Shown: positions 26,800 through 41,104 of the stretch, piece after piece
Layout of the letters: the number at the start of each line of letters is the position of its first letter
Position numbering within the stretch: position 1 is the first letter of the stretch
Assembly (NCBI GenBank): GCA_964016885.1
Contig: OZ024759.1
Coordinates: 22,072,001-22,136,000 of the forward strand
Reading direction: 5' to 3'
Source of the DNA: Eledone cirrhosa
Lineage: Eukaryota
Length of the DNA stretch: 64,000 nt
Translations under genes and position numbers: made by a program
The notes under the pieces: generated by a model
Database searches by the model: none
What the model was told of the DNA's origin: nothing
The model's input: only the letters and a program-made list of their open reading frames with translations

Positions 26800-27330
26800 G
26801 TGTCAAGGAGATATATATAGTGAGAGAGAGGCAAAGGGAGACAGTGGAGGTGGGGGAGAGAAAGTGAAACAGATTTAGACAAAGAGGAGGAAGGAGAGAA
26901 TCATAGTTAAAGAAAGAAGGAAGAGGAGAGAAACATAGCTAGAGAAAGAGTGGGAGAAGGAGAGAGAAACAGAAATAGTAGGAGAAAGATAAGGAGAAAA
27001 AAGAACAAAGAATAAGAGGTGAATAAATGGAAAGAGTAAAAGAAAAAGAGGGAAAGAGAGAGAATAAGAAAGGGAATAAATACGAAGAGAGGCGGAACGA
27101 GAAACAGAAAGAAAGACAGGGAAGGAAGTAGAGAGAAAAGAGAATGAAAAAAAGAGAGAGATGGAGAGATATAGTTTCAGTTAGAATATGAGGGTAAAAG
27201 AAAGAAAAAGTATAAGACAGAGAGAGAGAAAAGAGAAAGAAAATGAGAATAAGAGTGTATATGAAGTAAAACAGGATGGGTGTTGAATGTGGAAGAAAGA
27301 AAGACAGAAGGAGAGAAGGAAGGAGGAAAA
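26800..27330. repeat. Purine-rich (GA/GAA) low-complexity tract
   Basis: Directly visible. Confidence 0.8.
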
Positions 27331-28606
27331 ATCTTATTTCGGTTGGTGGGTGTGAAATGCACACACACACAGACACACATACACATTATTATTATTCAAA
27401 ATATTAACAAATGAAGATATTCACATAATCAAAATATATGCTTTATTATATATATTTCGAAGGTACTGCGTTGTTTTTTCAGTACGTCCTCGTCAGATAT
27501 AATATATATAAATATATATACAAACACACACATATATATATATATGGTGAGTGTGTTTTATTATATGTTTCTGGCAATATTATAACAATATGACCCTCTC
27601 CAAATATATATATATATATACAAGAATAATTTTGCTTACAACACAATAATATTGATCATATTGTCTAGCAATGGTTTGATGACAAAACAGCTACAAAAAG
27701 AACAGGTCATAGAGTACTGATCAGTTCATATTATCTAGACAAACATATCTAAGACCATGTATAGATTATATCGATATAAAGGCACAAGATAAGCTGGAGG
27801 ACATATATTTATATGAATATGTTCCGAAATCATTAGACGTGTGCCTCGAACCTGCAGGTCCAGAATCAGACAGATCCACACAATGATCGCGTCTCGAGCT
27901 GTCCGCCGAGGAAACAATTGTAACACACAATAAATTGAGTTCAGATGCCGCACTGATTTTTCGTCTACACTGGTAAGGGTTAGGCGAGTTATCCTGTTGT
28001 GAGCAATTTCAGATCAGGTGACCATATCTTGCTCGTACAGAACTGATTTTGGCTTGATTTCTACAGCTGGATGCTCTTCCTAGCGCCAACATCATTTTGT
28101 CATGACGCCTACACAACCATTTTAAGTGTGGACTGGGTGCTTTTTGTCGTGATGCCTACACGACCACTTTACAGTGTGGGCTGGGTGCTTTTTTTCCATG
28201 TCACCATCACAACCACTTGACAGTGTGGGCTAGAGATTTCACTGGATGTTTGCTTCAGCCTGTCCTCATGGAAGATGTATGGGAGTGGGTGGTGCATACT
28301 ATTTTTATACTTCATTCTTGACCTGTGCCCATGGGAAGTCTGGTTTTCTGTAATACTGCGTAACACCAGAGATCTCGGTTCTGTGTCATTACCTTAGATT
28401 ATACTGTAATACTTCACTATTTTCATTGGTAAGATGAAATAATCTTGATGCACTTTTTTCAGCACTTACTATAATGGAGTAAATAACTAACTTGTAATAT
28501 TCAGTTTTCTCGACAAATGGATGTGATATTCTAGCCGCATTGAAACGTCCGTAGTGATGTATAAATATATAAAAATAATACTATCTTTGGTTTTCTTAAA
28601 ATTTTG

Positions 28607-28657
<51 letters not shown>

Positions 28658-29733
28658 ACTCCCCACTCTCAAGCATGAACCTAATAACTAACACCTTTCG
28701 TAACTGTACTCCTTGTTATTTACTTTTCCTATATATATATATATATTTATATAAGTCTATATATATTTATACAAAGAGGGTGTGGTAAGATACCAGGTGG
28801 ACCATAATGCACCAAAGTACTCAGTACTTAGGGTAGTAGAGTGGGTAATAGGAAAAGAGTCAGGACCCCAATGGCTGAGCTCCGGCCGTTTCGACAGTTA
28901 GATCCGAACTAAGCCACCACTATTAGAATGGTGGCAATCTAGCTGTACTTATCAAGGGATTCAGTCTAGATATGGGCATGCTGCCAAAGCAAAAAAAGCA
29001 AAAAATATCTTGAATAAAACAACAGGAGGCCAGAAAGTTGAAATTCCTTTAAAGTTTTTATCCTGCAGGCACTATATATATTTCAATGACTAGTAAGATT
29101 CTAGTGACATCATGAGGTTCATGGCAATACAGTTATAAAGGAAACACAGTGAAAACAGGTGTGTACACAGAGACAAAAATAAAGATAAAAATACTTGAGT
29201 CGAGGGCAGCCTATGCCCAATTCCTTAGCCCTTAAGCTTATTGTGTAAGTTCGATACAGTGGTAAACCACCAACTTCACTATATATATATATATTATAAT
29301 TGTTATTATCATTATTTACCTTAGTGATTTTACAGTATATTTTTTCTGTTCATGTTTTTCTAAATTCGAAGAAAAGCTATATTTATCTATTTATTTATTT
29401 ATCTGACTGCTTTCTATCTAATCTTGCTATACAAGGTTTCGTTTCTAGGAAACCGATATGAAACTGCGTGTTAAAACTATTTACTATTTTGAGGTCATCC
29501 ACTTGAATAGACACACATATATGAGAGAAAGAGGAAGGAAGGGGCTTTTTTGAAACTGATTGAGATATTCGCTGACCAGATGTTCTGGTTTGAGCCATAT
29601 TAACCCATACAACACTTCCAGCTCTTTCCAGGCTTTCTTTGGTACTTCGATCTTTCACTCAACTAATAAATATATATTGAAATCACTGGATATCGATTTA
29701 AACCACTATTGTTATCATTATTATTATTATTGT

Positions 29734-29920
29734 GGCGGTGGAGTGGCAATATCGATAGAGGGTCAGACGCCATGCTTTGCAGCATAGAGTTACAGCCCTT
29801 TGCGGTCTAAGTTCAAATCCCGCCTTGGTTGACTTTCTTCTTTACGGGTTGATAAAATAAAGCACCAGTAATGTATTGGGATGATTGCTGGCCTTGTGCC
29901 TAAAGTAGAAACAATTATTA
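29734..29920 (+). mobile_element. MetaSINE-like SINE, near full length
   Basis: ggcggtggagtggcaatatcg head, B-box, core and (tta)n tail. Confidence 0.8.
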
Positions 29921-31197
29921 TGGAGCGCCTCCTCTTCCGCTTTTTGTGGAAAGGACGCGCTCCAATGTCAGATGATCCATCTGCTGTCAACACCCGTTGC
30001 GTGGAGGACTGGGCATGCCATGGCTGATGATGCGCAAACATGCGCTGAGGCTGCGACATCTCTGGTGCTTCCTTGACGGTGAACAGGTGTGGTCGCCGTT
30101 CGCCAGGCACGTTTTCCCACAGCTCGTCTCCTTGACGGAACTGCAGTCCTGGGTCAGGAAAAGACCAAGGGATAGCGCTTGGAAACTGGAATGTCTCCAG
30201 GCACTCACTGCCCTCTGCCAGCTGGGCACCAGTATCGGTGGAACCCACCTCAGCGTTCTATAGAGGACTAGTGGAGGGGAAGAGCAATGACGTTCTCAGA
30301 GAGATCCTGGGCATCGAAGAAGATCAGCTGTTTGCTCTCTTCCAGAGAACTTTCAGCCCAGGGCCTATGGATAACTTCCAACAATCCCTGGCCTGGCAGT
30401 GCTACCGGGGAGCATTGCTGTTCGAGATAAGCTCTACAGGCACGGAAGTGCCGTCAGCCGAGCCTGTCCGAGATGCGCGCAGAGTGACGAAACTGTCATG
30501 CACGCACTTGTTCAGTGCCTGAGCATTGCTGACTTGTGGAGCTATGTCGAGCAGTTGCTGTCGCGTGTAGGACTGATCCGGTTATTGACTGAGTCCATTG
30601 TGCAGATGGTCTCGATGTCTTCCTTCGAGGAGGAAGGGCAGGCGGTTTTCATCTCCCTGGTGGCCATGGCGAAAGAGATTGTGTGGTGGACAAGGTTGAA
30701 AAGGTTAAAGACAGATACTTTCCTCTTCGGCAAATCCCTAATTAACTTTTTCAAGTTTCACTTGAAGAGGAAAATCAGGATGGAGAGGCAAGTGCTGCCT
30801 TCTAGCAAGTTTGTTGAAAGGTGGGTGAATGTAGCGAGAATGGTCCGAGTGAACGGGACCGCTCTGAATATACGCCTGTAGTTTGAGAAATGGAAAAATT
30901 GAAAGAGGGCGCTTGCCCTGGTGGTCAGGGTGGCCGTGGTCTTTTGAGTGGTTTTCGCCACGAGTAACCCTCGGAGGTTTCCCCCCTATTGGGGAATTTT
31001 TCATTGTTTCAATTTTCATTTTTATTGTTTATATATATATATGTTTCTATGTCTTTTTTTCTTTTTTATATAAATAATAAAAATCTTTACACGCACAAAA
31101 CCCACATCGTACCGTCCTGTGCCGTCTGTAATGTTTTTCTTGATGTCAGCCCTTGTGGCCAATAAAGAAATCATTATTATTATTATTATTATTATTA
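29921..31197 (+). mobile_element. L1/Tx1-clade LINE 3' fragment
   Basis: Frameshifted ORF2 end with FRFLWKG..GGLGMP and the zinc-knuckle-like CPRCAQSDETVMHALVQC. The 3' UTR ends aataaagaaatc(att)n. Confidence 0.85.
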
Positions 31198-31310
31198 TAT
31201 GTAAATGCCTCAAACAATTCGATTAATATCTGCTATATGGCAGCTACAACTTCGATTCATACCTAATATCATACCTAATATATATATATATGTGTGTATA
31301 TATATATGTG

Positions 31311-31377
<67 letters not shown>

Positions 31378-31943
31378 GTATATATATATATGTATATATA
31401 TATGTATGTATATATATATATGCAAAGGGCAAAGGAGCTCTTAAGAGTCAATGGTCATCTAAAATCACCGGGAGAGATGACCTCTTAGCCTTTGTCAAGG
31501 CAGAATTCTAGGAGAAGGAAAACTCTGATATAACACCTGCAACTCTGATGGTATCCAATGATGTTGACTTGTTCTTCTTTTTGGTAAATATCATCTTGGT
31601 TAAGAGAGTGGGACTGGCTTTGTGCAGTGCCTTTGCTCACTATAAAAGCTTCACGGCACAGGCATTGCTTTATATCTGGAGATCTCTCTGCACTTGTCAT
31701 CACAGGGTACCATGGACCCAGCACTATGTGTCAATAATTGTCACAAGTGCAGTGTTTGTACCAGAGTTTTCAAGTCGCTGGCTGGACTATAAAGTCACAC
31801 TCGTTCAGCGCATCGGTAGGAGTTCTCCTACATGGATATAAAGTAGTGGCCGTACTCGAAAACGAGTTGGCAGCCACCATATATATATATATATATATAT
31901 ATATCAACATCATCATTACAATAATTTCATTATTATTATTATT

Positions 31944-32284
31944 ATCATCATCATTTAATTTTACGTCCACTTTTCCCTGCTTGCAAGGGTGGGACGGGAA
32001 CTGATTCTGGCTTGATTTCTACAGCTGGATGCCCTTCCTAACACCAACCTCATTTACAGTGAGTGCTGGGTGCTTTTTTGCCGTGGCACCTCCACGACCA
32101 CTTTGCAGTGGAATGATGATAGGGACCCCAGTCCCTATCATCCCATTTCTACAGCTGAGTAAACTGGAGCAATGTGAAATAAAGTGTCTTGCTCAAGGAA
32201 ACAACACATCACCCGGTCTGAGAATTGAACTCACAACCTTTCGATTGCAAGGCCAATGCTCTAACCTCTAAGCCATGTGCCTCC
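31944..32284 (-). mobile_element. tRNA-headed SINE with RTE tail, full length
   Basis: Near-identical to 44421-44746 and to 35785-36060, which has an internal deletion. Confidence 0.85.
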
Positions 32285-32307
32285 ATCATATATATATATG
32301 TGTGTAG

Positions 32308-32578
32308 AGGCACGTGGCCTAGTGGTAAGGGTGTTGGACTTGTGATCGTAGTGTCGTGGGCTCGATTCCTGGGTTGCGTGTTGTGTTCTTGAGCAAAACA
32401 CTTAATTTCCCGGTAAACTCAGCTGAAAACGAGTACCAGCGATAGCTGGGTGTTTAACCCTGCAATGGACTAGTGACCTGTCCAGTGGGGAGTCTTGTAC
32501 TCTCAGTTGCTTCACGTCATGTAACTGGGATAAGCATCGGCCAAATGACCCTTCTGGCTTAAGACAGACTTTAGACTT
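32308..32578 (+). mobile_element. tRNA-derived SINE
   Basis: A-box gtggcctagtggtaagg, B-box-like gctcgattcc, and core gttcttgagcaaaacactt. Confidence 0.7.
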
Positions 32579-32932
32579 ATATATATATATTCAAAATGTA
32601 AGCAGAAATAACAAAGCAAACAACACAGTATGATGAAGAAATATATTAGTTTTATGCTTTATATAATAGGAAAAGTGTCTTATATATATAATTGTTTCTA
32701 CTTTTTGGCACAAGACCAGCAATTATCCCAGTGTATGACTGGTACTTTATTTTATAATGATAGTCTGCGGTCCTGGGACCAGGAAGATCACAAGAAGAGA
32801 TAACTAGCCAAAACCAGCGAGCTTGTGGTCAATCCTCTACTTTCACTAATATACACACTCTGCATCACACCATGTATCCAGTACTCCTCTGATTCGTGGT
32901 CTTCCTGGTACCAGTACTGCAGATTACTATCA

Positions 32933-32965
<33 letters not shown>

Positions 32966-33186
32966 ATTAAGTTAAAGATGTACATCCATATATGTATACT
33001 GAAATACTAGTATGTATATGAATACACACACGTATACATATGTAGATGTACCAAGTTTTTTCACTGGTCACTTTACTGTGAGTGGCCAGCTATTCTGTAT
33101 GTAAACACACAGACAAACCGGTTTTTAGAGTCATACTGGTTTTTGAGGAAACACCTTTCCTCTATTCTCCAGAAAGCCAGACAAGG

Positions 33187-33231
33187 AATATTGAACTAGT
33201 TTCGTTGTTGTTACAACTCATCAGCAATATT
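33187..33231 (-). ncRNA. Minimal type I hammerhead ribozyme, copy 1
   Basis: AAUAUUG CUGAUGA GUUGU-AACA-ACAAC GAAA CUAG UU CAAUAUU: complete core, 7-bp stem I, 5-bp stem II and a palindromic minimal stem III. Confidence 0.85.
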
Positions 33232-33653
33232 TACCTATCTTCCGGCCTCTCTAGAGAATCGTAAAAGCACATATCGTTATATGCTTTTTCTATGAAAATT
33301 AGTAGTGGGCAGACTAATTTGCATAGAGTGTGAGTAAGTACCGGTTCAACGGAGACGATAAAAACAAATAACGAAACGAAATTAAATTTCGTTTCGTTTG
33401 TAACTCACTTTTGTATGACTGACGCTTAAACAATTAAGTTAAAGATGTACATCCATATATGTATACTGAAATACTAGTATGTATATGAATACACACACGT
33501 ATACATATGTAGATGTACCAAGTTTTTTCACTGGTCACTTTACTGTGAGTGGCCAGCTATTCTGTATGTAAACACACAGACAAACCGGTTTTTAGAGTCA
33601 TACTGGTTTTTGAGGAAACACCTTTCCTCTATTCTCCAGAAAGCCAGACAAGG

Positions 33654-33698
33654 AATATTGAACTAGTTTCGTTGTTGTTACAACTCATCAGCAATATT
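33654..33698 (-). ncRNA. Minimal type I hammerhead ribozyme, copy 2
   Basis: Identical to copy 1 and 467 nt away on the same strand. Confidence 0.85.
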
Positions 33699-34051
33699 TA
33701 CCTATCTTCCGGCCTCTCTAGAGAATCGTAAAAGCACATATCGTTATATGCTTTTTCTATGAAAATTAGTAGTGGGCAGACTAATTTGCATAGAGTGTGA
33801 GTAAGTACCGGTTCAACGGAGACGATAAAAATGTACATCTTTAACTTAATTGTTTAAGCGTCAGTCATACAAAAGTGAGTTACAAACGAAACGAAATTTA
33901 ATTTCGTTTCGTTATTTGTTTTTATCGTCTCCGTTGAACCGGTACTTACTCACACTCTATGCAAATTAGTCTGCCCACTACTAATTTTCATAGAAAAAGC
34001 ATATAACGATATGTGCTTTTACGATTCTCTAGAGAGGCCGGAAGATAGGTA

Positions 34052-34096
34052 AATATTGCTGATGAGTTGTAACAACAACGAAACTAGTTCAATATT
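34052..34096 (+). ncRNA. Minimal type I hammerhead ribozyme, copy 3 (inverted arm)
   Basis: aatattg ctgatga gttgt aaca acaac gaaa ctag tt caatatt, read directly on the plus strand. Confidence 0.85.
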
Positions 34097-34385
34097 CCTT
34101 GTCTGGCTTTCTGGAGAATAGAGGAAAGGTGTTTCCTCAAAAACCAGTATGACTCTAAAAACCGGTTTGTCTGTGTGTTTACATACAGAATAGCTGGCCA
34201 CTCACAGTAAAGTGACCAGTGAAAAAACTTGGTACATCTACATATGTATACGTGTGTGTATTCATATACATACTAGTATTTCAGTATACATATATGGATG
34301 TACATCTTTAACTTAATTGTTTAAGCGTCAGTCATACAAAAGTGAGTTACAAACGAAACGAAATTTAATTTCGTTTCGTTATTTG

Positions 34386-34522
<137 letters not shown>

Positions 34523-34636
34523 AGGTTCTGTATGAGCAAGACATGGTCACCTGATCTAACATTGCCAACAACAGGACAACTCGTCTAACCCCATGCTAGC
34601 ATGGAAGAATGAATGTAAAATGTTGATGATGGGGAT

Positions 34637-34675
<39 letters not shown>

Positions 34676-35784
34676 GATATGTATATTAGGCCTGCACTCA
34701 TGCCCCAATAATTATATTTTCCTGTCCAAACTCCCGAAACACACATCTATTTGTATATGCGCTACAATTTATGTACATGTAATGTTTATCACATATCAAA
34801 GTTTTCTGTCCATTTTAGAGTGCAAAGAGCTAAACTAATCTCTACAACTAAATCAACAATTTTACCCCCCCCTCCCCAATTCAGAAATTCTTCCACCACC
34901 CTGTAATGTACTGTAGTATAAACTAAACAATTGAAATGTTGAAGCTGATGAGAATGTAAGGACCGCTGTACTTGTAGCTTTATTTGTCCTTCATAATATT
35001 TCACTAGCTCCATCTTAAATATTTCAACATCGAACTACAATGATAATCATTAACCTTTGATTAGTTTTACACCAATCTTTTGTTGTCGAAAGTTACATAA
35101 CTAACACAGTTTAATATATTTGAGTCTCTATTCATTACTGTTAATTCCTCCATAGGCCTCTCTCTCTTTCTCTTTCTCTCTCTCTCTCTGTCTATCTACC
35201 TGTATCTCTCTCTCTCCCCTTCTCTCTCTCTGACTCTGTTTATTTACCTGTATCTCTCCATCTCCATCTCTCTCTCTCTCCCTCTGTCTATCTACCTATA
35301 TATATCTCTACTCTATCTGTATATCTCTTTATCTCTCTGTCTATCTATCTGCATATATATATATATAAAAATAATCTGTTATTTTAATAAATATTTGCTC
35401 TACGGTTCTTATATATTTGATATATGTTTATCCTTATCGAGCCTTCTTTGGATTTTAGTTTTCAAATTTATTATTATTACTATATATATATATATATTAT
35501 ATATATATATTCATGTAGGTGTCATGACAAAAAGCATCCAGCCTACACCATAAAGTGGTCATGTAGTCACAACAAAAAGCTCCCAGTCCTCACTGTAAAG
35601 TGGTCATGTAGGCACCATGACCACTGTAAATGAGGTTGGCATTAGGAAGGGCATCGAGCTGTAGAAACCAAACCAAAATCGGTTCTGTATGAGCAAGACA
35701 TGGTCACCTGACCTAGCATTGCCCACAACAGGAAAACTCATCTAACCCATGCTAGTGTGTAAAACGGTGATGATGATGATATTT

Positions 35785-36060
35785 CATCATCATCATTTCA
35801 TTTTACGTCCGCTTTTCCCTGCTTGCAAGGGTGGGACGGGAACTGATTCTGGCTTGATTTCTACAGCTGGATGCCCTTCCTAACACCAACCTCATTTACA
35901 GTGAGTGCTGGGTGCTTTTTTGCCGTGGCACCTCCACGACCACTTTGCAGTGGAATGATAGGGACCACAGTCCCTATCATCTCATTTCTACAGCTGAGAA
36001 TTGAACTCACAACCTTTCGATTGCAAGGCCAATGCTCTAACCACTAAGCCATGTGCCTCC
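35785..36060 (-). mobile_element. tRNA-headed SINE with internal deletion
   Basis: Matches 31944-32284 but jumps from ctacagctgag to aattgaactcac. Confidence 0.8.
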
Positions 36061-36074
36061 ATATATATATATGC

Positions 36075-36108
<34 letters not shown>

Positions 36109-36113
36109 ATGTG

Positions 36114-36313
36114 NNNNNNNNNNNNNNNNNNNNNNNNNNNNNNNNNNNNNNNNNNNNNNNNNNNNNNNNNNNNNNNNNNNNNNNNNNNNNNNNNNNNNNN
36201 NNNNNNNNNNNNNNNNNNNNNNNNNNNNNNNNNNNNNNNNNNNNNNNNNNNNNNNNNNNNNNNNNNNNNNNNNNNNNNNNNNNNNNNNNNNNNNNNNNNN
36301 NNNNNNNNNNNNN
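36114..36313. other. Assembly gap (200 N)
   Basis: Run of N. Confidence 1.
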
Positions 36314-36509
36314 ACACTGTAAATGTGGTTGGTGTTAGGAAGGGCATCCAGCTGTAGAAAACCTGCCAGATAGTCCTATATGAGCGAGACACGGTCACCC
36401 GACCAGCCTTGCCTTCAAGTGGGACAACTCCCGTCTAACCCATGCTAGCGTGGAAAATGGACGTTAAACAAAGATGATGATGATGATGATGATATATATA
36501 TATATATAG

Positions 36510-36541
<32 letters not shown>

Positions 36542-36687
36542 TATATATATATATCATCATCATCATCTTCGCTTCACGTCCATCTTCCACACTAGCATAG
36601 GTTAGACTGGAGTTGTCCCACTTGAGGCAAGATTGGTCGGGTGACCATGTCTCGTTCATATAGGACTATCTACATATATATATAATA

Positions 36688-36718
<31 letters not shown>

Positions 36719-37167
36719 AACGTGGTTGGTATTAGGAAGGGCATCCAGCCATAGAAAACCTGCCAGACAGTCCTATACGAGCAAGACACAGTCTCCCAAC
36801 CAATCTTGCCTCAAGTGGGACAATTCCTGTCTAAACCCATGCTAGCGTGGAAGATAGACGTTAAACGATGATGATGATGATATATATATATATGTACGTA
36901 TGGATTCCCCGAACATTTATTAAAATGCTCGACTTAATACGGGATGTTTACAAACACACCGAGCATTATAATAAATGTTCGGTGAATCCATACGTACATA
37001 TATATATGTGTGCATGTATGTATATATATATACACACTACTGTACGTCTGTATACATATATGTATGTACGTGTACATACTTATATTTAAGTAACAGCCGT
37101 ACTAAGAGTGGGAAATGAAATTTCGTTTCATTTTTTCCGTTTATATATATATGTATATATATATATG

Positions 37168-37256
<89 letters not shown>

Positions 37257-37350
37257 ATATATATATTGTATATATATATTGTATATATATATTGTATATA
37301 TATATTGTATATATATATTGTATATATATATTGTATATATATATTATATA

Positions 37351-37411
<61 letters not shown>

Positions 37412-37441
37412 ATATATATATTGTATATATATATTATATAT

Positions 37442-37963
37442 AGGCAGACCTAGAAAAACCTGGGACGAGCTGATAAACTCCGACCTCACACACTTACACC
37501 TCTCCAAGACAATGTCACTGGACCGAGACCTTTGGCGGTACTCAGTAACAGAGAAGACCCGCCTTACCTAAATATATAGTAAAACCTACTCCAGCCAGTA
37601 GGCATCTCTAACAAAATACACCCCGTCCCACCACCACCACCCCCACCCCATCCACACCACCCCGTTCTATGTAAAGTTATGTTGGTGCCGCGCCATCCAG
37701 GCCGAAACAAATGAGATCGTGTAGGTGTCACGACAAAAAAACACACAGTCCACGCTGTAATGTGGCCGTGTAGGCAACACGGTAAAAACCTCCCAGACCC
37801 ACACTGTAAATGTGGTTGGTGTTAGGAAGGGCATCCAACTGTAGAAAACCTGCCAGACAGTCCTATGCGAGCAAGACAATCACTCTTGCCTCAAGTGGGA
37901 CTACCCCCGTCCAAACCCATGCAAGCGTGGAACACGGACGTTAAACGTTGATGATGATGATGA
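37442..37963 (+). mobile_element. RTE LINE extreme 3' end with 3' UTR
   Basis: GRPRKTWDELINSDL, followed by the same UTR as 4176-4560; embedded in (TA)n. Confidence 0.85.
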
Positions 37964-37972
37964 TGATATATA

Positions 37973-38004
<32 letters not shown>

Positions 38005-38167
38005 TGTATATATATATTATATCTACATATATATTATATATATATATATTGTATATATATATTATATCTACATATATATTATATATATATATATATATAT
38101 TGTATATATATATTGTATCTCTATATATATTGTATCTATATATATATATGTATATATATATACACAT

Positions 38168-38203
<36 letters not shown>

Positions 38204-38253
38204 ATATATATTGTATATATATTTATATATATTGTATATTTATACATATATTG

Positions 38254-38339
<86 letters not shown>

Positions 38340-38837
38340 TGGATATTTAAATAATTACTTTTATGAATCATTAAAATTTCAAAATTTGGATTCATTGTTC
38401 ACTGTTTTTCTTGTTTTTTTTTTTATTACTTTTTACTAATATATATATTTAAAAATTTTTTTATAATTTCTCCTGACTTTAAATGTGACTGTGGTGTGTT
38501 ACCGTAGTTATTTATAAATAAGTTGTTTAATGTAAAGATTTATTTTTATTATAGAGAGCCTATATATATATATATATTTATATATATATTTTTGACTGTT
38601 GGGCAATCAATGATAAACATTGATTGCCAGTTGAATTAATTATAGAAATATGAAATATACTGAAGCTGGAACCAACCCAGACTAAACAATGAGTGTGTTT
38701 TATTACATACTTCTGGCAATATTGAAACATGACCCTCCCCTAATATAACAATATTTTCATTACAAATATTGTAGAATTTAATCAAAATTTGTTGAATAAA
38801 GGTTTTTACATGTTAAACACACTCATATATATGTATT

Positions 38838-38875
<38 letters not shown>

Positions 38876-39109
38876 GTTATATATATAGTTATATTTTGGG
38901 AGGTTCATGCTGCCAATAAAAACACAAGCACCTTCAATTTATTATAAATTTCTGATTGGTTGGTTCAATAACCATATGCTTGTTTATATATTGTCAAAGC
39001 TCTTTTGTCACACATTCTGTGACATCCTCAGTGACTGATTTCTTATTTTGTGTCTTTCCAGTGTTCTGTCCTACACCAATCTTGTTTTCATATATTTATA
39101 TATATATTG

Positions 39110-40487
39110 TTACAAAGGTAAAGCGGATGGTCTGGAGAGGAGCAGTTATTGGGGCATAAACCTGATGGATGAGGTTATGAAAGTGACTGAAAGAGTGCTA
39201 GCACCACTAATTAGTGGAAGAGTCAAACTAGATGAGATGCAGTTTTGTTTTGTGCCCGGGAAAAGTACAAGAGAGATTCTTAGAGAAGAATAAGCCACTA
39301 TATTTAGCTTTTGTTGACCTAGAGATGGCCTTTAACAGAGTACTTTGATCTACACTGGGTGTAGAGGAAGGCCTTGTGAGTACAGTGCAAGCTATGTACA
39401 GAGGAGCTGTCAGAAAAATGAGAGTAGGAATGGAGTTTAGTGAGGAATTCCAGATACAAGTAGGAGTTTATCAGGCTTCAGTCCTCAGCCTACTTTTATT
39501 CATTATAGTTTTCTAAACCATAACAGAGGAGTTTAAGACTGGCTGCCCATGGGAACTTCTCTATACTGATGATCTGCTACTTATAGCAGAATCAGTAGAG
39601 GAGCTAGAAAATAAATTCTGGCTGTCGAAACAGCAGTTGGAATCAAGGGGACTCAGAGTGAACCTAGCAAAGACTAAAGTATTGATAAGTAGAAAAGAGA
39701 ACAAGACTCTGATTCCCTCAGGGAAATGGCCATGCTCGATATGAAGAAAAGGAGTTGGCATAAACCCTATAGAATGTACACAATGCAGATCTTGTGTAAA
39801 CAAGAGGTGCGGTGGGATAGCAGGCAAACTAACAGGAAAGGAAAACTTTGTATGTAGTAAATGTTCAGGGAAAATTGATAGTAGAAGTGTCAATGTTAGG
39901 CGCATTTTTCAAATGTAGATAGGATCTATAGAGGTGTTTGATATCTCTTGATATCTAGGTGATCAGATTATCAAGGGAAGAGGATGCTCCAAGGCCATAG
40001 TATCTAGAATAAGGACAGGATGGAAAAAGTTCAGGAAGCTGCTTCCTCTGTTGACAAGAAAAGGTTGGTTGTATGCTGCATACTAGTGAGACATGCGTAG
40101 CAACTCCAGAGGATATGGGAAGGCTGGAGAGAAATGAAGCAAGCATGCTTGTGTGAAAGACTAAGCATGGACAAGTTGAGAGAGAATCTGTATATAAGAG
40201 GAATAAAATGTAATTTGCAGGAGAGAAGACTATGTTGGTATGGCCATGTGATGCGCATGGTTGATGACTGCTGGGTGAAGAGATGCCAGGTGATCCCAGT
40301 GGAAGGAAGAAGCAGTAGAGGAAGGCCACGGAAGACATGGGCGGAGGTGGTGAGAGCTGACCTCAGATTGTTGAAGCTCACAGAGGAGATGACGAAGGAA
40401 CGTGACAAATGGAAAGATGCTGTGCTGAAGAGGACCCATCCCACCCTTGCAAGCAGGGAAAAGCAGACATAAAATGATGATGATGAA
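39110..40487 (+). mobile_element. Degenerate RTE LINE, second subfamily
   Basis: DEMQFCFVPGKST, GCPWELLYTDD, RRLCWYGHVMR and GRPRKTW; tail ttgcaagcagggaaaagcagacataaa(atg)n. Confidence 0.9.
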
Positions 40488-41104
40488 TATATATGTGAGT
40501 GTGTGTATATATATAATTCGGGTCATTTTAACAAGGGAAGTAAGTCTAGATCTAATACTGACGGAAGTTTGGAGGAGTTCTTTCCCATCGTAACTGGAGT
40601 TTATCGAAAATTTGCGACAGAACGACACCGTGCCTCCACTTGGGTGCTCTACTAGCTAAAAATACTCCCTTGCAAAATAAATAAATGGATAAAATACAAA
40701 GATGCAACAATGCATTCACCACCATCATGTTAATGGATCTATAATGAGGCTTTGACAAGGAAAATTAATGGAGAAAAAAGGTAAATTGTAAAGAAACTTA
40801 GTATAAATTATTTGGCTTCTCTCTGCAGACGTTAATTACTTGTGTGTGTGTTGTGTGTCTTTGGGTGTATATTGTAAATGTGTGGCTGAGTATGTGTGAG
40901 TAATACATGTGTGTGTGTTTGAGTGTATATTGTACATCTGTGTGTGAATGTGTGTATGTGCATGTATGTGTATTATATATGAGTGTATGTGTATATTATA
41001 TGTGTGTGTGTTTGTGTGCCTTTGTATTATGTATTTGTATGTGTGTATATAAATGTGTGTGTATCATGTGTGTTTTTGTATATTATATATGTGTGTATCT
41101 GTGT

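Noticed and set aside
33082-33264. 60-aa ORF repeated three times
   Set aside because: It has a GTG start, is antisense to the hammerhead and has no recognisable motif; it recurs only because the unit is repeated.
34944-34952. ctgatgag motif
   Set aside because: No stem II or GAAA follows, so it is a chance match.
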